Part shown: positions 27,524-37,643 of the stretch, in pieces
How the letters are laid out: each line of letters opens with the position of its first letter
How positions within the stretch are numbered: the first letter of the stretch is position 1
Program-made: the position numbers and the translations under genes
The notes under the pieces: generated by a model
Seen by the model: only the letters and a program-made list of their open reading frames with translations
The model's database searches: none
What the model was told of the DNA's origin: nothing
Source: Candidatus Brocadiia bacterium
Lineage (GTDB): Bacteria; Planctomycetota; Brocadiia; CAIUPP01
Assembly (NCBI GenBank): GCA_050015075.1
Contig: JBEKCB010000033.1
Coordinates: forward strand, 1 to 62,564
Direction of reading: 5' to 3'
Length of the DNA: 62,564 bases

Positions 27524-29140
27524 TCAAGATCCCATCGGGGGCGTCACTCGCACGATGGCCATCAGGCTGTGGAGCGATTTGTTCATCAGGTCGAAGATCG
27601 GGACCGGATAAAAGCCGAAGAAGATGACCATCGCGGCCAGCGGGTACAGCGTGAACCGCTCGCGCCAGTTAATATCCAGGAGCGATTTCCATTTCTCGTT
27701 GAGCTGGCCGAGGAACATCCGCTGCATCGTCCAAAGGTAGTACGCCGCCGTGATGATGACCGCCGTCGCGGAGAGGATGGTCATGATGCGGAACTGCACG
27801 AACGCGCCGACGAATACCAGGAACTCGCCGATGAAGCCGGCCAGGCCGGGCAGTCCCAGGCTGGCCATGAAGGCCAGGCCGGTGATGCCGGAGTACTCGG
27901 GCATGTTCTGGGCCAGGCCGCCGAAGCCGGCGATCTCGCGCGTGTGGGCGCGGTCGTAAATGACGCCGGCGATGAGGAACAGCATCGGCGAGATCAGCCC
28001 GTGGCTGACCATCTGGAACACGGCGCCGGTGATGCCCTGCGGCGTCATCGCCGCAAGCCCCAGGAGCACGAACCCCATGTGGCTGATCGAGGAGTACGCG
28101 ATCATCTTCTTCAGGTCGCGCTGCGCCAGGCACACGAAGGCGCCGTACACGATGTTGATCGTCCCGAACGCGCCGATGGCCGTGGCCGCCCAGAGGGCCG
28201 CCTCGGGCAGGATCTGGAAATTGAAGCGGATCATCCCGTACGCGCCGGTCTTCAGCAGGATGCCCGCGAGGATGACGGAGATCGGGGTCGGCGCCTCAAC
28301 GTGCGCATCGGGCAGCCACGTATGGAACGGGAACATCGGGACCTTGATGGCGAAGCCGATGAACAGGCCCACGAAGATGATCTTCGAGAACGCGATGCCC
28401 AGGATCGGCGCCGCCTTGGCGAACAGGCCGGCCTGGCCCATGGACGAAAGCGCCATGATGTTGAAGGTGTGCGGGGTCGCGGTCCCGTCCGCCAGCACGC
28501 TCGGCCCGGAGGTGTAGTAGAGGCCGATCATGCACAGGAGCATCAGCACCGAGCCGGCGAGCGTGTAGAGGAAGAACTTGATCGCGGCGTATTCCTTGCG
28601 CGGGCCGCCCCAGATGCCGATCAGGAAGTACATCGGCAGGAGCATGAGTTCCCAGAAGATGTAGAACATGAAGAAGTCCATCGCGCAGAAGGTGCCCAGC
28701 ATGCCGGTCTCGAGGAGCAGGAACATGACCATGTAGCCGGGGACTTTCCGCTGGCTGAAATGGTGGCTGTCCACCTTTCCCCACCATGGCAGCGAAGCGA
28801 CCATCGCCACGAGCGAGATCAGCGCGGTGAGCAGCACCATGGTGATGGAGATGCCGTCAACGCCCAGGAAGAACTCGATGTTGAACTGCCGCATCCAGAC
28901 GAAGTGGTGGACGAACTGCAGCTTCGTCGAGGCGCCGTCGAAGTTCTTCCACAGGAAGCACCCGAGGAGCAACACGATGGCGCAGGTCGCCAGGCCGACC
29001 GCGCGGCTGGCGTTGTCGAGGAACTCCTTCGACCCGTTGACCGCCTGCTTCACGCAGGCCAGCACCAGGATAAGCGCCGCGCCGATCAGCGGCATGAAGA
29101 CCATCCATGAGAGCAGCGTTGACGTCGTTGGGTAGTCCAT
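27524..29140 (-). CDS. nuoM: NADH-quinone oxidoreductase subunit M
   Basis: GVDGIS, FWELMLLPMY, KVPMFPFHTWLPDAHVEAPT, AYSSISHMG. Confidence 0.95.
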   Translation of the reverse strand: MDYPTTSTLLSWMVFMPLIGAALILVLACVKQAVNGSKEFLDNASRAVGLATCAIVLLLGCFLWKNFDGASTKLQFVHHFVWMRQFNIEFFLGVDGISITMVLLTALISLVAMVASLPWWGKVDSHHFSQRKVPGYMVMFLLLETGMLGTFCAMDFFMFYIFWELMLLPMYFLIGIWGGPRKEYAAIKFFLYTLAGSVLMLLCMIGLYYTSGPSVLADGTATPHTFNIMALSSMGQAGLFAKAAPILGIAFSKIIFVGLFIGFAIKVPMFPFHTWLPDAHVEAPTPISVILAGILLKTGAYGMIRFNFQILPEAALWAATAIGAFGTINIVYGAFVCLAQRDLKKMIAYSSISHMGFVLLGLAAMTPQGITGAVFQMVSHGLISPMLFLIAGVIYDRAHTREIAGFGGLAQNMPEYSGITGLAFMASLGLPGLAGFIGEFLVFVGAFVQFRIMTILSATAVIITAAYYLWTMQRMFLGQLNEKWKSLLDINWRERFTLYPLAAMVIFFGFYPVPIFDLMNKSLHSLMAIVRVTPPMGS

Positions 29141-29161
29141 AGCGAAACCCAATCTCCTCCG

Positions 29162-31372
29162 TTAGAAGAGCACGTAGCTGGCCAGGATCAGGATGATTCC
29201 GCCGGCCATGGCCACGTACAAATAGGTCCGAATGTTTCCGGTCTGCAAGAGGCACAGCACGCCGCCGGCGTCGGAGATCATCGAAGCGGTCCCGTTGACG
29301 GCGCCGTCCACCACCTGGCTGTCCGTCTTGCCGTGCAGCCAGGCCAGGCCCAGGACGATCGGGCGGGTGACGTTGACCAGCCCGTCCACGACGGTCCGGT
29401 CGAACCAGTCCAGGGCGAGCCGCCCCAGCATGACCGCGTTGATCACGGTGGCGTTGTAGATCTCATCCACGTAATACTTGTTGTAGACCAGGGTGTGGAT
29501 TCCGTGCACCCAGGCCGTGCGGCTGGCGTAGAGCTTCTGCGGGACCGGGCTCTTGTTGTCGCGATACAGCCACCGGGCCAGTTGCCAGCCGGTGAGCGCC
29601 AGCGCGATCGAGAGCGCCATCAACGCCCACTCGGCGGAAGCGCCGTGTCCCGCGTCGCGGATCAGCCCGGCCGTCCCCGCAAAGACCGGTTCGAGCCACT
29701 GATCCAGGTAGTTCGGCAGATGCCAGAGGTGCGGCAATCCCGCGAGCCCGCCGAGCAGCGACAGCGCCGCGAGCGCAATGAGCACGGCCGTCATGCTGCG
29801 GGGCGATTCCTTCGGCGCGTGATGATGCTCGGCGTGGGCGCCGGTCTCGCGGTCATGGGCGCGGTCGGCGCCGCGGTACTCGCCGCTGAAGGTCATGTAA
29901 TAGGAGCGGAACATGTAGAAGGAAGTGCCGACGGCCGCCAGCGCGCCGAGGGCCCAGACGGCGATGCCGCCGCCGGGAAGAATCAGGTTCCCCGCGTTGA
30001 ACGCCTTCCACAGAATCTCGTCCTTGGAGAAGAACCCGGAGGTCAGCGGGAAGCCGGCGATGGCGCAGCAGGCGATGAAGTACGTCGCCGCCGTAACGGG
30101 CATCAGCTTCTTCAGGCCGCCCATCTTTCGCATGTCCTGCTCGTGGTGGCAGCCCACAATCACACTGCCCGCGCCGAGGAACAGGCAGGCCTTGAAAAAC
30201 GCGTGGGTCATCAGGTGGAAAATTCCCACCCCGTACGCGCCGACGCCCACCGCGATGAACATGAAGCCGAGCTGGCTGATCGTCGAGTAGGCCAGCACTT
30301 TTTTGATGTCGTGCTGAAAGAAGCCGATGGTCGCGGCGAAGACCGCGGTCAGCACCCCGATCACGGCGATCCAGGTCATCACGAAGGGGCTCAGGGCGAA
30401 AATGAAGTTCAGCCGCGCGACCATGTAAACGCCGGCGGTCACCATCGTGGCCGCGTGGATCAGCGCGCTGACCGGCGTCGGGCCGGCCATGGCGTCCGGC
30501 AGCCACACATATAAAGGAAGCTGCGCCGACTTACCCATCGCGCCGACGAAAAGCAGCGTCCCGATCAATGCCACCAGGCTGATTCCGAAGACCTTCTTCT
30601 GGATGAACGCCTCGCGGAAGGCCGGATCGGTCAGTCTTTCCTTGACGTTCCGGAAGGTCAGGCCGACCGCCGGCGCCGGGGCGGCGACCGCCGCCTGCTG
30701 AGCCGAAGCAGCGGCGGGCGAGGCGGCCGGCGCTTGCGGCTGGAACCGGCCCTGCGTCCAGTCGCCCTGCATTCCCCAGAACAGCAGGAACACGCCGAGC
30801 ATGAAGCCGAAATCGCCGATCCGGTTGACGACGAATGCCTTCATGCCCGCGACCGCGTTCTTGTGCTCCTTGTACCAGAAGCTGATCAGCAGGTAGGAGC
30901 AGAGGCCGACGCCTTCCCAGCCGACGAACATCAGCACGAAATTGTCCCCGAGGACCAGCACGAGCATCGAGAACATGAAAAGGTTCAGGTAGGAGAAAAA
31001 GCGCCAGTAGCCCGGCTCGTCGTGCATATAGCCGATCGAGTAGACGTGGATCAGCGTGCCCACGAACGTCACCACGAAGCACATGACCAGCGTCAACGGG
31101 TCCATGATGAACGCCAGGCCGGCGTCCAGTCCGCCGACCGGCAGCCAGTTCCAGAGGTGGACGAAAAGGCTCCGCTCCTCGGCGGGCAGCGAGACCATCT
31201 TCGCGAAAGCGGCGACCGTGACGGCGAACGATATCGCCGGCAGGGCAATCGCCGGTATGTGCACGGCCGGCTTGCCGAACCGCGCCTGCATGCGGCTGCC
31301 CAGCAGGCCGTTGTAGACCGCGCCCAGCAGCGGGGCCAGCGGAATCACTGCAAGCCACCAGAAATCAACCAT
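29162..31372 (-). CDS. nuoL: NADH-quinone oxidoreductase subunit L
   Basis: GWEGVGLCSY, VNRIGD, GKSAQLPLYVWLPDAMAGPTPVSALIHAATMV, HAFFKA. Confidence 0.96.
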   Translation of the reverse strand: MVDFWWLAVIPLAPLLGAVYNGLLGSRMQARFGKPAVHIPAIALPAISFAVTVAAFAKMVSLPAEERSLFVHLWNWLPVGGLDAGLAFIMDPLTLVMCFVVTFVGTLIHVYSIGYMHDEPGYWRFFSYLNLFMFSMLVLVLGDNFVLMFVGWEGVGLCSYLLISFWYKEHKNAVAGMKAFVVNRIGDFGFMLGVFLLFWGMQGDWTQGRFQPQAPAASPAAASAQQAAVAAPAPAVGLTFRNVKERLTDPAFREAFIQKKVFGISLVALIGTLLFVGAMGKSAQLPLYVWLPDAMAGPTPVSALIHAATMVTAGVYMVARLNFIFALSPFVMTWIAVIGVLTAVFAATIGFFQHDIKKVLAYSTISQLGFMFIAVGVGAYGVGIFHLMTHAFFKACLFLGAGSVIVGCHHEQDMRKMGGLKKLMPVTAATYFIACCAIAGFPLTSGFFSKDEILWKAFNAGNLILPGGGIAVWALGALAAVGTSFYMFRSYYMTFSGEYRGADRAHDRETGAHAEHHHAPKESPRSMTAVLIALAALSLLGGLAGLPHLWHLPNYLDQWLEPVFAGTAGLIRDAGHGASAEWALMALSIALALTGWQLARWLYRDNKSPVPQKLYASRTAWVHGIHTLVYNKYYVDEIYNATVINAVMLGRLALDWFDRTVVDGLVNVTRPIVLGLAWLHGKTDSQVVDGAVNGTASMISDAGGVLCLLQTGNIRTYLYVAMAGGIILILASYVLF

Positions 31373-31374
31373 GT

Positions 31375-31686
31375 TCAACCCCGTAGCGTTGACGCGGAAT
31401 CAACTTCAATGCTCTTATGGAATGTGCGATACAGCGCGAGCACGATGGCCAGCGCCACCGTGACCCCGACCGCCGCCAGGACGATGCCGAACAGGGCGAA
31501 AATCTGGCCGGCCACCGCGTTGCCGAAGTAATGCGAGAACGCGACCAGGTTGATGTTCGCCGCGTTGACGATCAGCTCGATGCCCATCAAAAGGCCGATC
31601 GCGTTCCTGCGGCTCAGGAGGCACAGCACTCCCATGCAGAACATCGCGGCCGAGAGGACCAGGAAATGAGTCAAGCCGATGTGCAT
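31375..31686 (-). CDS. nuoK: NADH-quinone oxidoreductase subunit K
   Basis: RRNAIGLLMGIELIVNAANINLVAF, GQIFALF. Confidence 0.93.
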   Translation of the reverse strand: MHIGLTHFLVLSAAMFCMGVLCLLSRRNAIGLLMGIELIVNAANINLVAFSHYFGNAVAGQIFALFGIVLAAVGVTVALAIVLALYRTFHKSIEVDSASTLRG

Positions 31687-31687
31687 G

Positions 31688-32191
31688 TCATCTCTCCCGG
31701 GTTTCTTTGCGCGCCACGACCACCGCGCCGACCATCCCCACGACCAGAAGCACGGAGACGACTTCGAAAGGCAACCGGTACGCTCCCAGGAGGCTGTTCC
31801 CGATCTCCGCGGTCGTCGGCCCGAAGGGCGGCTCGCCGGCATGCGGCTTCCAGGGGGCGAGCAGGACCGCCGCTGTCAGAAGAGCGAACAGCCCCGCGGC
31901 CGTCAGCAGCGCGAGCCCGCGCGAAAACGACTGGTTGGACCGCTTGGTTTCCTCGATCTGGAACGTCAGCATGACGGCGAACAGGATAAGGACCAGGATG
32001 CCGCCGACGTAGAGGATGAGCTGCGTGACGGCCAGGAAGTCCGCCGAAAGCATCGCGTAGATCAAGCCCACTCCCATGAAGGCGAAGAGGAGCGAGAACG
32101 CGGAATAGATGATGTTCGTGGACAGCGCGACAGCCGCCGAGCTGACCAGGATCAACGCGCACAGGGCGTAAAACATAATGGCGTATGTCAT
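31688..32191 (-). CDS. nuoJ: NADH-quinone oxidoreductase subunit J
   Basis: ADFLAVTQLILYVGGILVLILFAVML, LPFEVVSVLL. Confidence 0.92.
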   Translation of the reverse strand: MTYAIMFYALCALILVSSAAVALSTNIIYSAFSLLFAFMGVGLIYAMLSADFLAVTQLILYVGGILVLILFAVMLTFQIEETKRSNQSFSRGLALLTAAGLFALLTAAVLLAPWKPHAGEPPFGPTTAEIGNSLLGAYRLPFEVVSVLLVVGMVGAVVVARKETRER

Positions 32192-32739
32192 GGCTTCTCC
32201 GCCGCCTGGCCGGCCGAGCGCGCCGAAAAGCCGTTCTTGATTTTCGCCGCGACGATGCTTCCCCTCGGCCGCACCACCGGCGCGGGTCCCTTCGGCGCGT
32301 GAGGCGCAACCGGCGAGCCCTTCTCGATGTACCGCAGGACGAGGTTGCGGATGTCTCCGTCGGCGGCGGCGAACTGGGTCGTGTGCCGGAGGCCGCCGGT
32401 CGGGCACGCCTCCACGCAGAGACCGCAGACCATGCACTTGCTCGCGTCAATATCGAACTGCGTGATGCGGCGCTCCTTGGTCACGGCATCTCTCTCGATC
32501 GAGACCGCGATGCACTCGATCGGGCACTCCTTCATGCACGCCATGCAGCCGATGCAAAGGCTGGTCTCGACTTCCAGCAGGCCGCGATACCGCTCCGGCA
32601 GCGTGTCCTCGATGCTCTTCTCGATCTTATCGGGCCACTGCACCGTGTAGGGGCGGCGGAACATCCAGCTCAGCGTCACGGTCATGCCCTCGAGGATCGA
32701 GAGCACGCTGTTGGAGATGTTCTTGAAATATCGGCTCAC
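32188..32739 (-). CDS. nuoI: NADH-quinone oxidoreductase subunit I
   Basis: LPERYRG, CIGCMACMKECP and CMVCGLCVEACP; alternative GTG start at 32748. Confidence 0.93.
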   Translation of the reverse strand: MSRYFKNISNSVLSILEGMTVTLSWMFRRPYTVQWPDKIEKSIEDTLPERYRGLLEVETSLCIGCMACMKECPIECIAVSIERDAVTKERRITQFDIDASKCMVCGLCVEACPTGGLRHTTQFAAADGDIRNLVLRYIEKGSPVAPHAPKGPAPVVRPRGSIVAAKIKNGFSARSAGQAAEKP

Positions 32740-32748
32740 TGTCCTCAC

Positions 32749-33993
32749 CTATGGCAGCCGGTACGGCGGGTACCACAATGGTTGCCCGGTCAGCTTCGTG
32801 TAAGTGGCGCGGTCGGCCCTGTAGTTGAACCACGTCCGCACGATCTGGCGGACCGCGATGGCCGCGCCGGCCGCGAAAAGGACGAACCGCGCCGCTGTTC
32901 CCGGCATCGTGTCCTGGCCGACGAAGACGATCCACGTCATCGTGCCCAGGATACATACGAACGCGATCGGAATCAGGTACTTCCAGCACATGCTCATCAT
33001 CTGGTCAACGCGCAGCCGGGGAAGCGTCCAGCGAAGCTGGATCACCACAAGGACCAGGGTGAGCGTCTTGAAGCAGAAGATCGCCAGCCCCAGCAGGATC
33101 AAGTACCACGTCGAATAGGTCGCCGCCACCGACACGAACGGTATCCGCCAGCCGCCGAAGAAACAGAGGACGGCGATGGCGCTCATGATCCAGAGGTTCG
33201 CCCATTCCGCGAAGAAGAACACGACGAAGCGGAAGCCCGAATACTCGGTGCTGTAACCGGCGACCAGCTCGCTTTCGGCCTCCGGGAGATCGAACGGGGT
33301 CCGGTTCCCTTCCGCAAGCGCCGCCGTGAAGTAGACCGGAAATGCGATCAGGGAGAAGGGGCTGTAGAAGATGAACCAGTTCCAGGGCATTCCGCCCTGC
33401 GCCTCGATGATCCGCTGGGTGGACAAACCGCCCGCGTGAAGGACGACGACCAGCACCGCCAGCCCCGCGGGAATTTCATACGAGATGATCTGCGCAGCCG
33501 AGCGCAGCCCGCCGAAGAGCGACCACTTGGAGTTGGACGACCATCCGCCCAGAATGATCCCGACGACGACGAGCGCCGTGATGGAAAGGATATAAAGGAT
33601 GCCGACGTCCAGGTTCGCCGCCACCAGGCGCGCGCTGAACGGCAGCGCCACGAAGGTGCCGAACATGCCCGCGAAGACGAAGTACGGCGCGATGCGGAAA
33701 AGGAGCCGGTTCGCTCCGACGGGAATCAGGTCCTCCTTGAGCACCAGTTTCAGGCCGTCGGCCATGAACTGGAGAAGCCCCTGCGGGCCGACGCGGTTCG
33801 GACCGACGCGGCTCATCATGCGCGCGGCGACCCGGCGTTCCACGAAGCTCGACACGCCCGCGAAGGCGGACGCGAATCCCAGGAGAATCCCGGCGCCCGC
33901 GAGCGCGAAAATGAGATAGACCACCACCTGGCCCGTCGCGCTCGACGCGCGGGGCAGGTAATTCTCCAGCACGTATTTCGCCAAAGGCCACAT
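32749..33993 (-). CDS. nuoH: NADH-quinone oxidoreductase subunit H
   Basis: ERRVAARM..RVGPNRVGP.GLLQFMADGLK, AQIISYE, NRTPFDLPEAESELVAGY. Confidence 0.96.
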   Translation of the reverse strand: MWPLAKYVLENYLPRASSATGQVVVYLIFALAGAGILLGFASAFAGVSSFVERRVAARMMSRVGPNRVGPQGLLQFMADGLKLVLKEDLIPVGANRLLFRIAPYFVFAGMFGTFVALPFSARLVAANLDVGILYILSITALVVVGIILGGWSSNSKWSLFGGLRSAAQIISYEIPAGLAVLVVVLHAGGLSTQRIIEAQGGMPWNWFIFYSPFSLIAFPVYFTAALAEGNRTPFDLPEAESELVAGYSTEYSGFRFVVFFFAEWANLWIMSAIAVLCFFGGWRIPFVSVAATYSTWYLILLGLAIFCFKTLTLVLVVIQLRWTLPRLRVDQMMSMCWKYLIPIAFVCILGTMTWIVFVGQDTMPGTAARFVLFAAGAAIAVRQIVRTWFNYRADRATYTKLTGQPLWYPPYRLP

Positions 33994-33995
33994 GG

Positions 33996-35660
33996 TTACC
34001 GGTCCACCTCCGGCGCAACGACGTCCAGGCTTCCGATGATGGCGACGAGGTCCGCGATCATCACGCCGTGGGAAAGTTTCTCGATGATGGACATCGCCGT
34101 GAATGAGCCCGTGCGGACCTTGAGCCGATAGGGCGTTTCCTGTCCGTCGCTGATCAGATAGAAGCCCATTTCGCCGCGCGGCGCCTCGACGCGCGCGTAG
34201 GTTTCTCCCGGCGGCACCTTGATCCTCTTGGGCAGCTTGGTCCTGATATCGCCCGCCGGCATTTTGGCCAGCGCCTGCCGGAGGATCCGGCAGGACTCGC
34301 GCATCTCCAGCACGCGGACCACGAAGCGGTCATAGCAGTCGCCGGCGGTCCCGCGGAACCCCTGGCCGAGCGGGATGTCGAATTGGAAGTCCGCGTACGC
34401 CGAGTACGGCATGTTGCGCCGCAGGTCCCACGGCACCGCGCTGGCGCGCAGGTTCGGCCCGACGAGGCCGAAATCAACCGCGTCCTCCGCGCTGACCACG
34501 GCCACGTTCGCCAGCCGCTGCACGAAGATCTCGTTGTTGGAAATCAGCCGGTCGAACTCCCCGATGATCGGCTCGAAGTGATCCATCCACCGCAGAATCT
34601 TGTCGGCCATGCCCTCCGGCAGGTCATGCGCCACGCCGCCGATCCGCATGTAATTATAGGTCAGCCTGGAGCCACTGAGCTCCTCCATGATGTCATTGAT
34701 ATACTCGCGTTCCCTCAGCCAGTGAAGGAACGGCGTGAACGCGCCGATGTCCATCGCCATGCTCCCGGTGGCCACCAGGTGGCTGGCGATGCGGTTCAAC
34801 TCGCAGGCCAGCACGCGCAGGTACTCGCCGCGCGGCGGCACCGCGCAGCCGAGGAGCTTTTCGACCGCCATCGCGTAGCCCTGGTTCGCCGACATGGCCG
34901 CCAGGTAATCCAGGCGGTCCGTGAACGGCATGTATCCCGGGTAAGAGATGCTCTCGGCCATCTTTTCCATGCCGCGATGAAGGTAGCCGATATGCGGCAC
35001 CGCCTTGTGCATCACCTCGCCGTCGGTGACCAGGAGGAAGTTGAGCACGCCGTGCGTCGAAGGATGCTGCGGCCCCATGTTGACGATCATCTCGCCCGCG
35101 ACCGGCCCGTAGAGCGATTTGAGCTGCGACAGGTCTTTCAGCTCGGAGCGCTTCCCGTCCGCCGGCGCGTCCGGCTGCTGCAGCGGATTGACGCGCGTGC
35201 TGCTCATCCCGTGGTATTCCGTCGGGGCCACGTAATCTTTCCTCAGCGGATAGCCGACCCAGTCGTCCGGGAGCAATATCCGCCGCAGGTCCGAATGCCC
35301 GAGGAAATTCACGCCGAGCAGGTCGAAGCATTCCCTCTCATGCCAGTTCGCCGTTTTCCAGACGCTTTCGACGGTGGGGATCTCGGGCTTGGCGCGGTCC
35401 AGGGCCGCTTTCAGGACCAGCTCGTGCCCTTTCCGGTACGAGAGCAGGTGGTAGACCAGTTCGATCCTGTCTTTCCGGTCCACTCCCGCCAGGCACGACA
35501 GGGCGTTGAGGTCGAGTTCCGGGTCCTCCTTGCAGAATCTCGCCACCTGCTCGATGGCCGGACCCGGGACCGTCACCGCCTGGGGCGCGCCCTCGGCCGA
35601 CGGCGCCGCGGCGTCGCCGAATTTCGTTCGCAATCTTTCCGAAAGCTCGTTGAACGTCAT
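33996..35660 (-). CDS. nuoCD: Fused NADH-quinone oxidoreductase subunit C/D
   Basis: [28 protein letters not shown] followed by [40 protein letters not shown]. Confidence 0.95.
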   Translation of the reverse strand: MTFNELSERLRTKFGDAAAPSAEGAPQAVTVPGPAIEQVARFCKEDPELDLNALSCLAGVDRKDRIELVYHLLSYRKGHELVLKAALDRAKPEIPTVESVWKTANWHERECFDLLGVNFLGHSDLRRILLPDDWVGYPLRKDYVAPTEYHGMSSTRVNPLQQPDAPADGKRSELKDLSQLKSLYGPVAGEMIVNMGPQHPSTHGVLNFLLVTDGEVMHKAVPHIGYLHRGMEKMAESISYPGYMPFTDRLDYLAAMSANQGYAMAVEKLLGCAVPPRGEYLRVLACELNRIASHLVATGSMAMDIGAFTPFLHWLREREYINDIMEELSGSRLTYNYMRIGGVAHDLPEGMADKILRWMDHFEPIIGEFDRLISNNEIFVQRLANVAVVSAEDAVDFGLVGPNLRASAVPWDLRRNMPYSAYADFQFDIPLGQGFRGTAGDCYDRFVVRVLEMRESCRILRQALAKMPAGDIRTKLPKRIKVPPGETYARVEAPRGEMGFYLISDGQETPYRLKVRTGSFTAMSIIEKLSHGVMIADLVAIIGSLDVVAPEVDR

Positions 35661-35663
35661 TTC

Positions 35664-36125
35664 CTACGCCCTCAGGTTCCGGAGCCACTTCTCCGCCGAC
35701 ATCTTCTGCTGGAGCTTGAGGATCGCGTCCGCCAGCGCCTCGGGCCGCGGAGGGCAGCCGGGCAGGTAAATATCCACCGGCACGATCTTGTCAACGCCTT
35801 TCAGCACCGAGTAGCTTCCCTGGAACAGTCCGCCGCAATTCGCGCAACTTCCCATGGCGATCACGTACCGCGGCTCGGCCATTTGCTCGTACAGCAGCCG
35901 GACGCGCTCGGCCATCTTGTACGTGATGGTGCCGGCCACGATCAGCAAATCCGCCTGGCGGGGAGTCGCGCGCGGAACCGCGCCGAAGCGGTCCAGGTCC
36001 GTCCGCGGGCCGCCGGCCTGCATCAGCTCGATGCCGCAGCACGCGGAGGCGAAGAGCAGGTACCAGATCGAGGACTTCCTGCCCCAATTCAGAAACCACT
36101 CAGTGTTTGTCAGCAGGTATTCCAT
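35664..36125 (-). CDS. nuoB: NADH-quinone oxidoreductase subunit B
   Basis: [38 protein letters not shown]. Confidence 0.96.
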   Translation of the reverse strand: MEYLLTNTEWFLNWGRKSSIWYLLFASACCGIELMQAGGPRTDLDRFGAVPRATPRQADLLIVAGTITYKMAERVRLLYEQMAEPRYVIAMGSCANCGGLFQGSYSVLKGVDKIVPVDIYLPGCPPRPEALADAILKLQQKMSAEKWLRNLRA

Positions 36126-36549
36126 GTTCTCTCTCAGCCTCGATGACTTCGATGTCGTGGTCCAGTCGCTTCAGCCAGTCGAGGTCCCCTTTCCGCCACA
36201 CGTACGCCAGCCCGACGATGAGGATGAGCAGGAACCCCGCCAGCTCCGCGTAAGCGAACATCGCCCTGCCCGATTGAACCCACGCGGAGAACACCGCCGC
36301 GACGGGGAAGGTGAAGGCGATCTCGACGTCGAACGCGACGAAGATCAGCGCGACGATGTAAAATCGCGGGTTGAAGTTGAACCAGGCTTTCCCGATCGGC
36401 CTTTCGCCGCATTCATAGACCGAGTTCTTCTCGGCCGCGGGCCGCCGGGGCCGGACGAACCGGCCGAAGAGGAGCGTGCCGAACACGAAAAGCAGCGCGA
36501 GCAGCAGGAACATCACCACGTTCACGAGGCCGAAGCCGAATTCACTCAT
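36100..36549 (-). CDS. nuoA: NADH-quinone oxidoreductase subunit A
   Basis: [32 protein letters not shown]. Confidence 0.95.
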   Translation of the reverse strand: MSEFGFGLVNVVMFLLLALLFVFGTLLFGRFVRPRRPAAEKNSVYECGERPIGKAWFNFNPRFYIVALIFVAFDVEIAFTFPVAAVFSAWVQSGRAMFAYAELAGFLLILIVGLAYVWRKGDLDWLKRLDHDIEVIEAEREHGIPADKH

Positions 36550-36691
36550 AGCGGGGACCTGTGCTCTTCCGATGGATTAACACCGGCGACGACGGCGCTG
36601 GACTGCACGGCGGGGCGCGAGCCGCGCATTTTTCACAACATTCTCCACATTCAGGCTGAATATCGCGGGATTGTCCTGATCGGAGTGCACC

Positions 36692-36720
36692 TTGACCGCG
36701 TGCCGTGCTTGTGTTAATAT
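36692..36720 (+). promoter_or_regulatory. Sigma-70 promoter for the response regulator
   Basis: TTGACC-N17-TAATAT with TG extension. Confidence 0.55.
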
Positions 36721-36794
36721 ACCACGACGTGGCACAAATGTAAACTGCGCGCGCCGAGGTTTTTTCCGGGCGTGGCGAAGAGGAGAATGCTCCG

Positions 36795-37208
36795 ATGGCC
36801 TACGTGATGATCGTGGATGATGATGAAGAATTCGCCGTCGCGGCGGCCATTGTCCTGCGCGCGGAAGGACACGAGGTGGCGACCCAAACGGAGACTTCCG
36901 CCGCGATGACGGCGATGCAGGTCCGCCGCCCCGACCTGGTGATCCTCGATGTCATGTTTCCCGAAGACAACTTCGCCGGGTTCGAGCTGGCGCGCGCCAT
37001 GTGCAAGAGCCGCGACCTCAACCGGATTCCCATCCTGATGCTGACCGGGGTCAACGAGAAGCTCGGGACGCGCCTGGACACGCTCGACACCGACAACAGC
37101 TTCCTGCCGGTCTCGGATTTCCTGCAGAAGCCCGTGAACCTCGACGAACTGGCCGGCAAGGCCAAGTCCCTGCTCCAGGCCGCGAGTCAGGCGCAGACCC
37201 GCCCGTAG
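36795..37208 (+). CDS. Single-domain response regulator (receiver only)
   Basis: IVDDD, PDLVILDVMFP, IPILMLTG, FLQKP; AGGAG RBS. Confidence 0.9.
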   Translation: MAYVMIVDDDEEFAVAAAIVLRAEGHEVATQTETSAAMTAMQVRRPDLVILDVMFPEDNFAGFELARAMCKSRDLNRIPILMLTGVNEKLGTRLDTLDTDNSFLPVSDFLQKPVNLDELAGKAKSLLQAASQAQTRP

Positions 37209-37294
37209 CGCCGCCTAGCCGAAATGACTTAAATAATGTGCGGTCATTCCGGGCACATTAGCCGCGCCGACGGCTGCGTGGCTGGTGCATCAAT

Positions 37295-37323
37295 AGAAAA
37301 TGCGCGCCGAGCGCGCATTTTCT
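37295..37323. terminator. Bidirectional terminator-like hairpin
   Basis: AGAAAATGCGCGC-CGA-GCGCGCATTTTCT perfect 13-bp stem between convergent genes. Confidence 0.7.
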
Positions 37324-37356
37324 TAGGAGCGGGGCGAGGAATCTCATGCGTCGCTT

Positions 37357-37507
37357 GTAGTGGCGCCGTCAGGCGCTATTTCGTATGCCCTGACGGGCAC
37401 ACTACGAGCAGCCAGAGCGCGCAGCGTACTGCGCGCGACATGACGCGGGCTGGAATTGTGTAAGTTATTTCCGGGAAACCACTGCAGTGTGCCCATCAGG
37501 GCATGCG
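37357..37507. repeat. Cluster of three GTAG-type REP-like palindromes
   Basis: GTAG-TGGCGCCGTCAGGCGCTA (+, 37357), GTAG-TGTGCCCGTCAGGGCATA (-, 37382-37405), GCAG-TGTGCCCATCAGGGCATG (+, 37484). Confidence 0.7.
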
Positions 37508-37643
37508 AAGCAGGCCGTGGAACCCCGGCGCCTCGACCAACCCCGCCTCGTCCGCGTAATCAAACCGCGCCGGGCGTGGGTCGGGAACTGCTCGTCACGG
37601 AGCATTTCCCGACCACGCCGGCGGCGACTTCTTCTGCTCCGCG

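Noticed and set aside
25967-29110. 1047-aa + strand ORF
   Set aside because: Antisense shadow of nuoM/nuoN caused by high GC3; no motifs
33996-36125. Group 4 [NiFe]-hydrogenase interpretation of nuoB/CD
   Set aside because: The D domain lacks both Ni-binding CxxC motifs (has DRLDYL and DVVAPEVDR), so it is complex I-like
32185-36146. 648-aa and 587-aa + strand ORFs
   Set aside because: Antisense shadows of nuoH/I and nuoB/CD
36630-36640. TTCACAA half-site resembling a Rex operator upstream of nuoA
   Set aside because: The matching TTGTGAA half is absent
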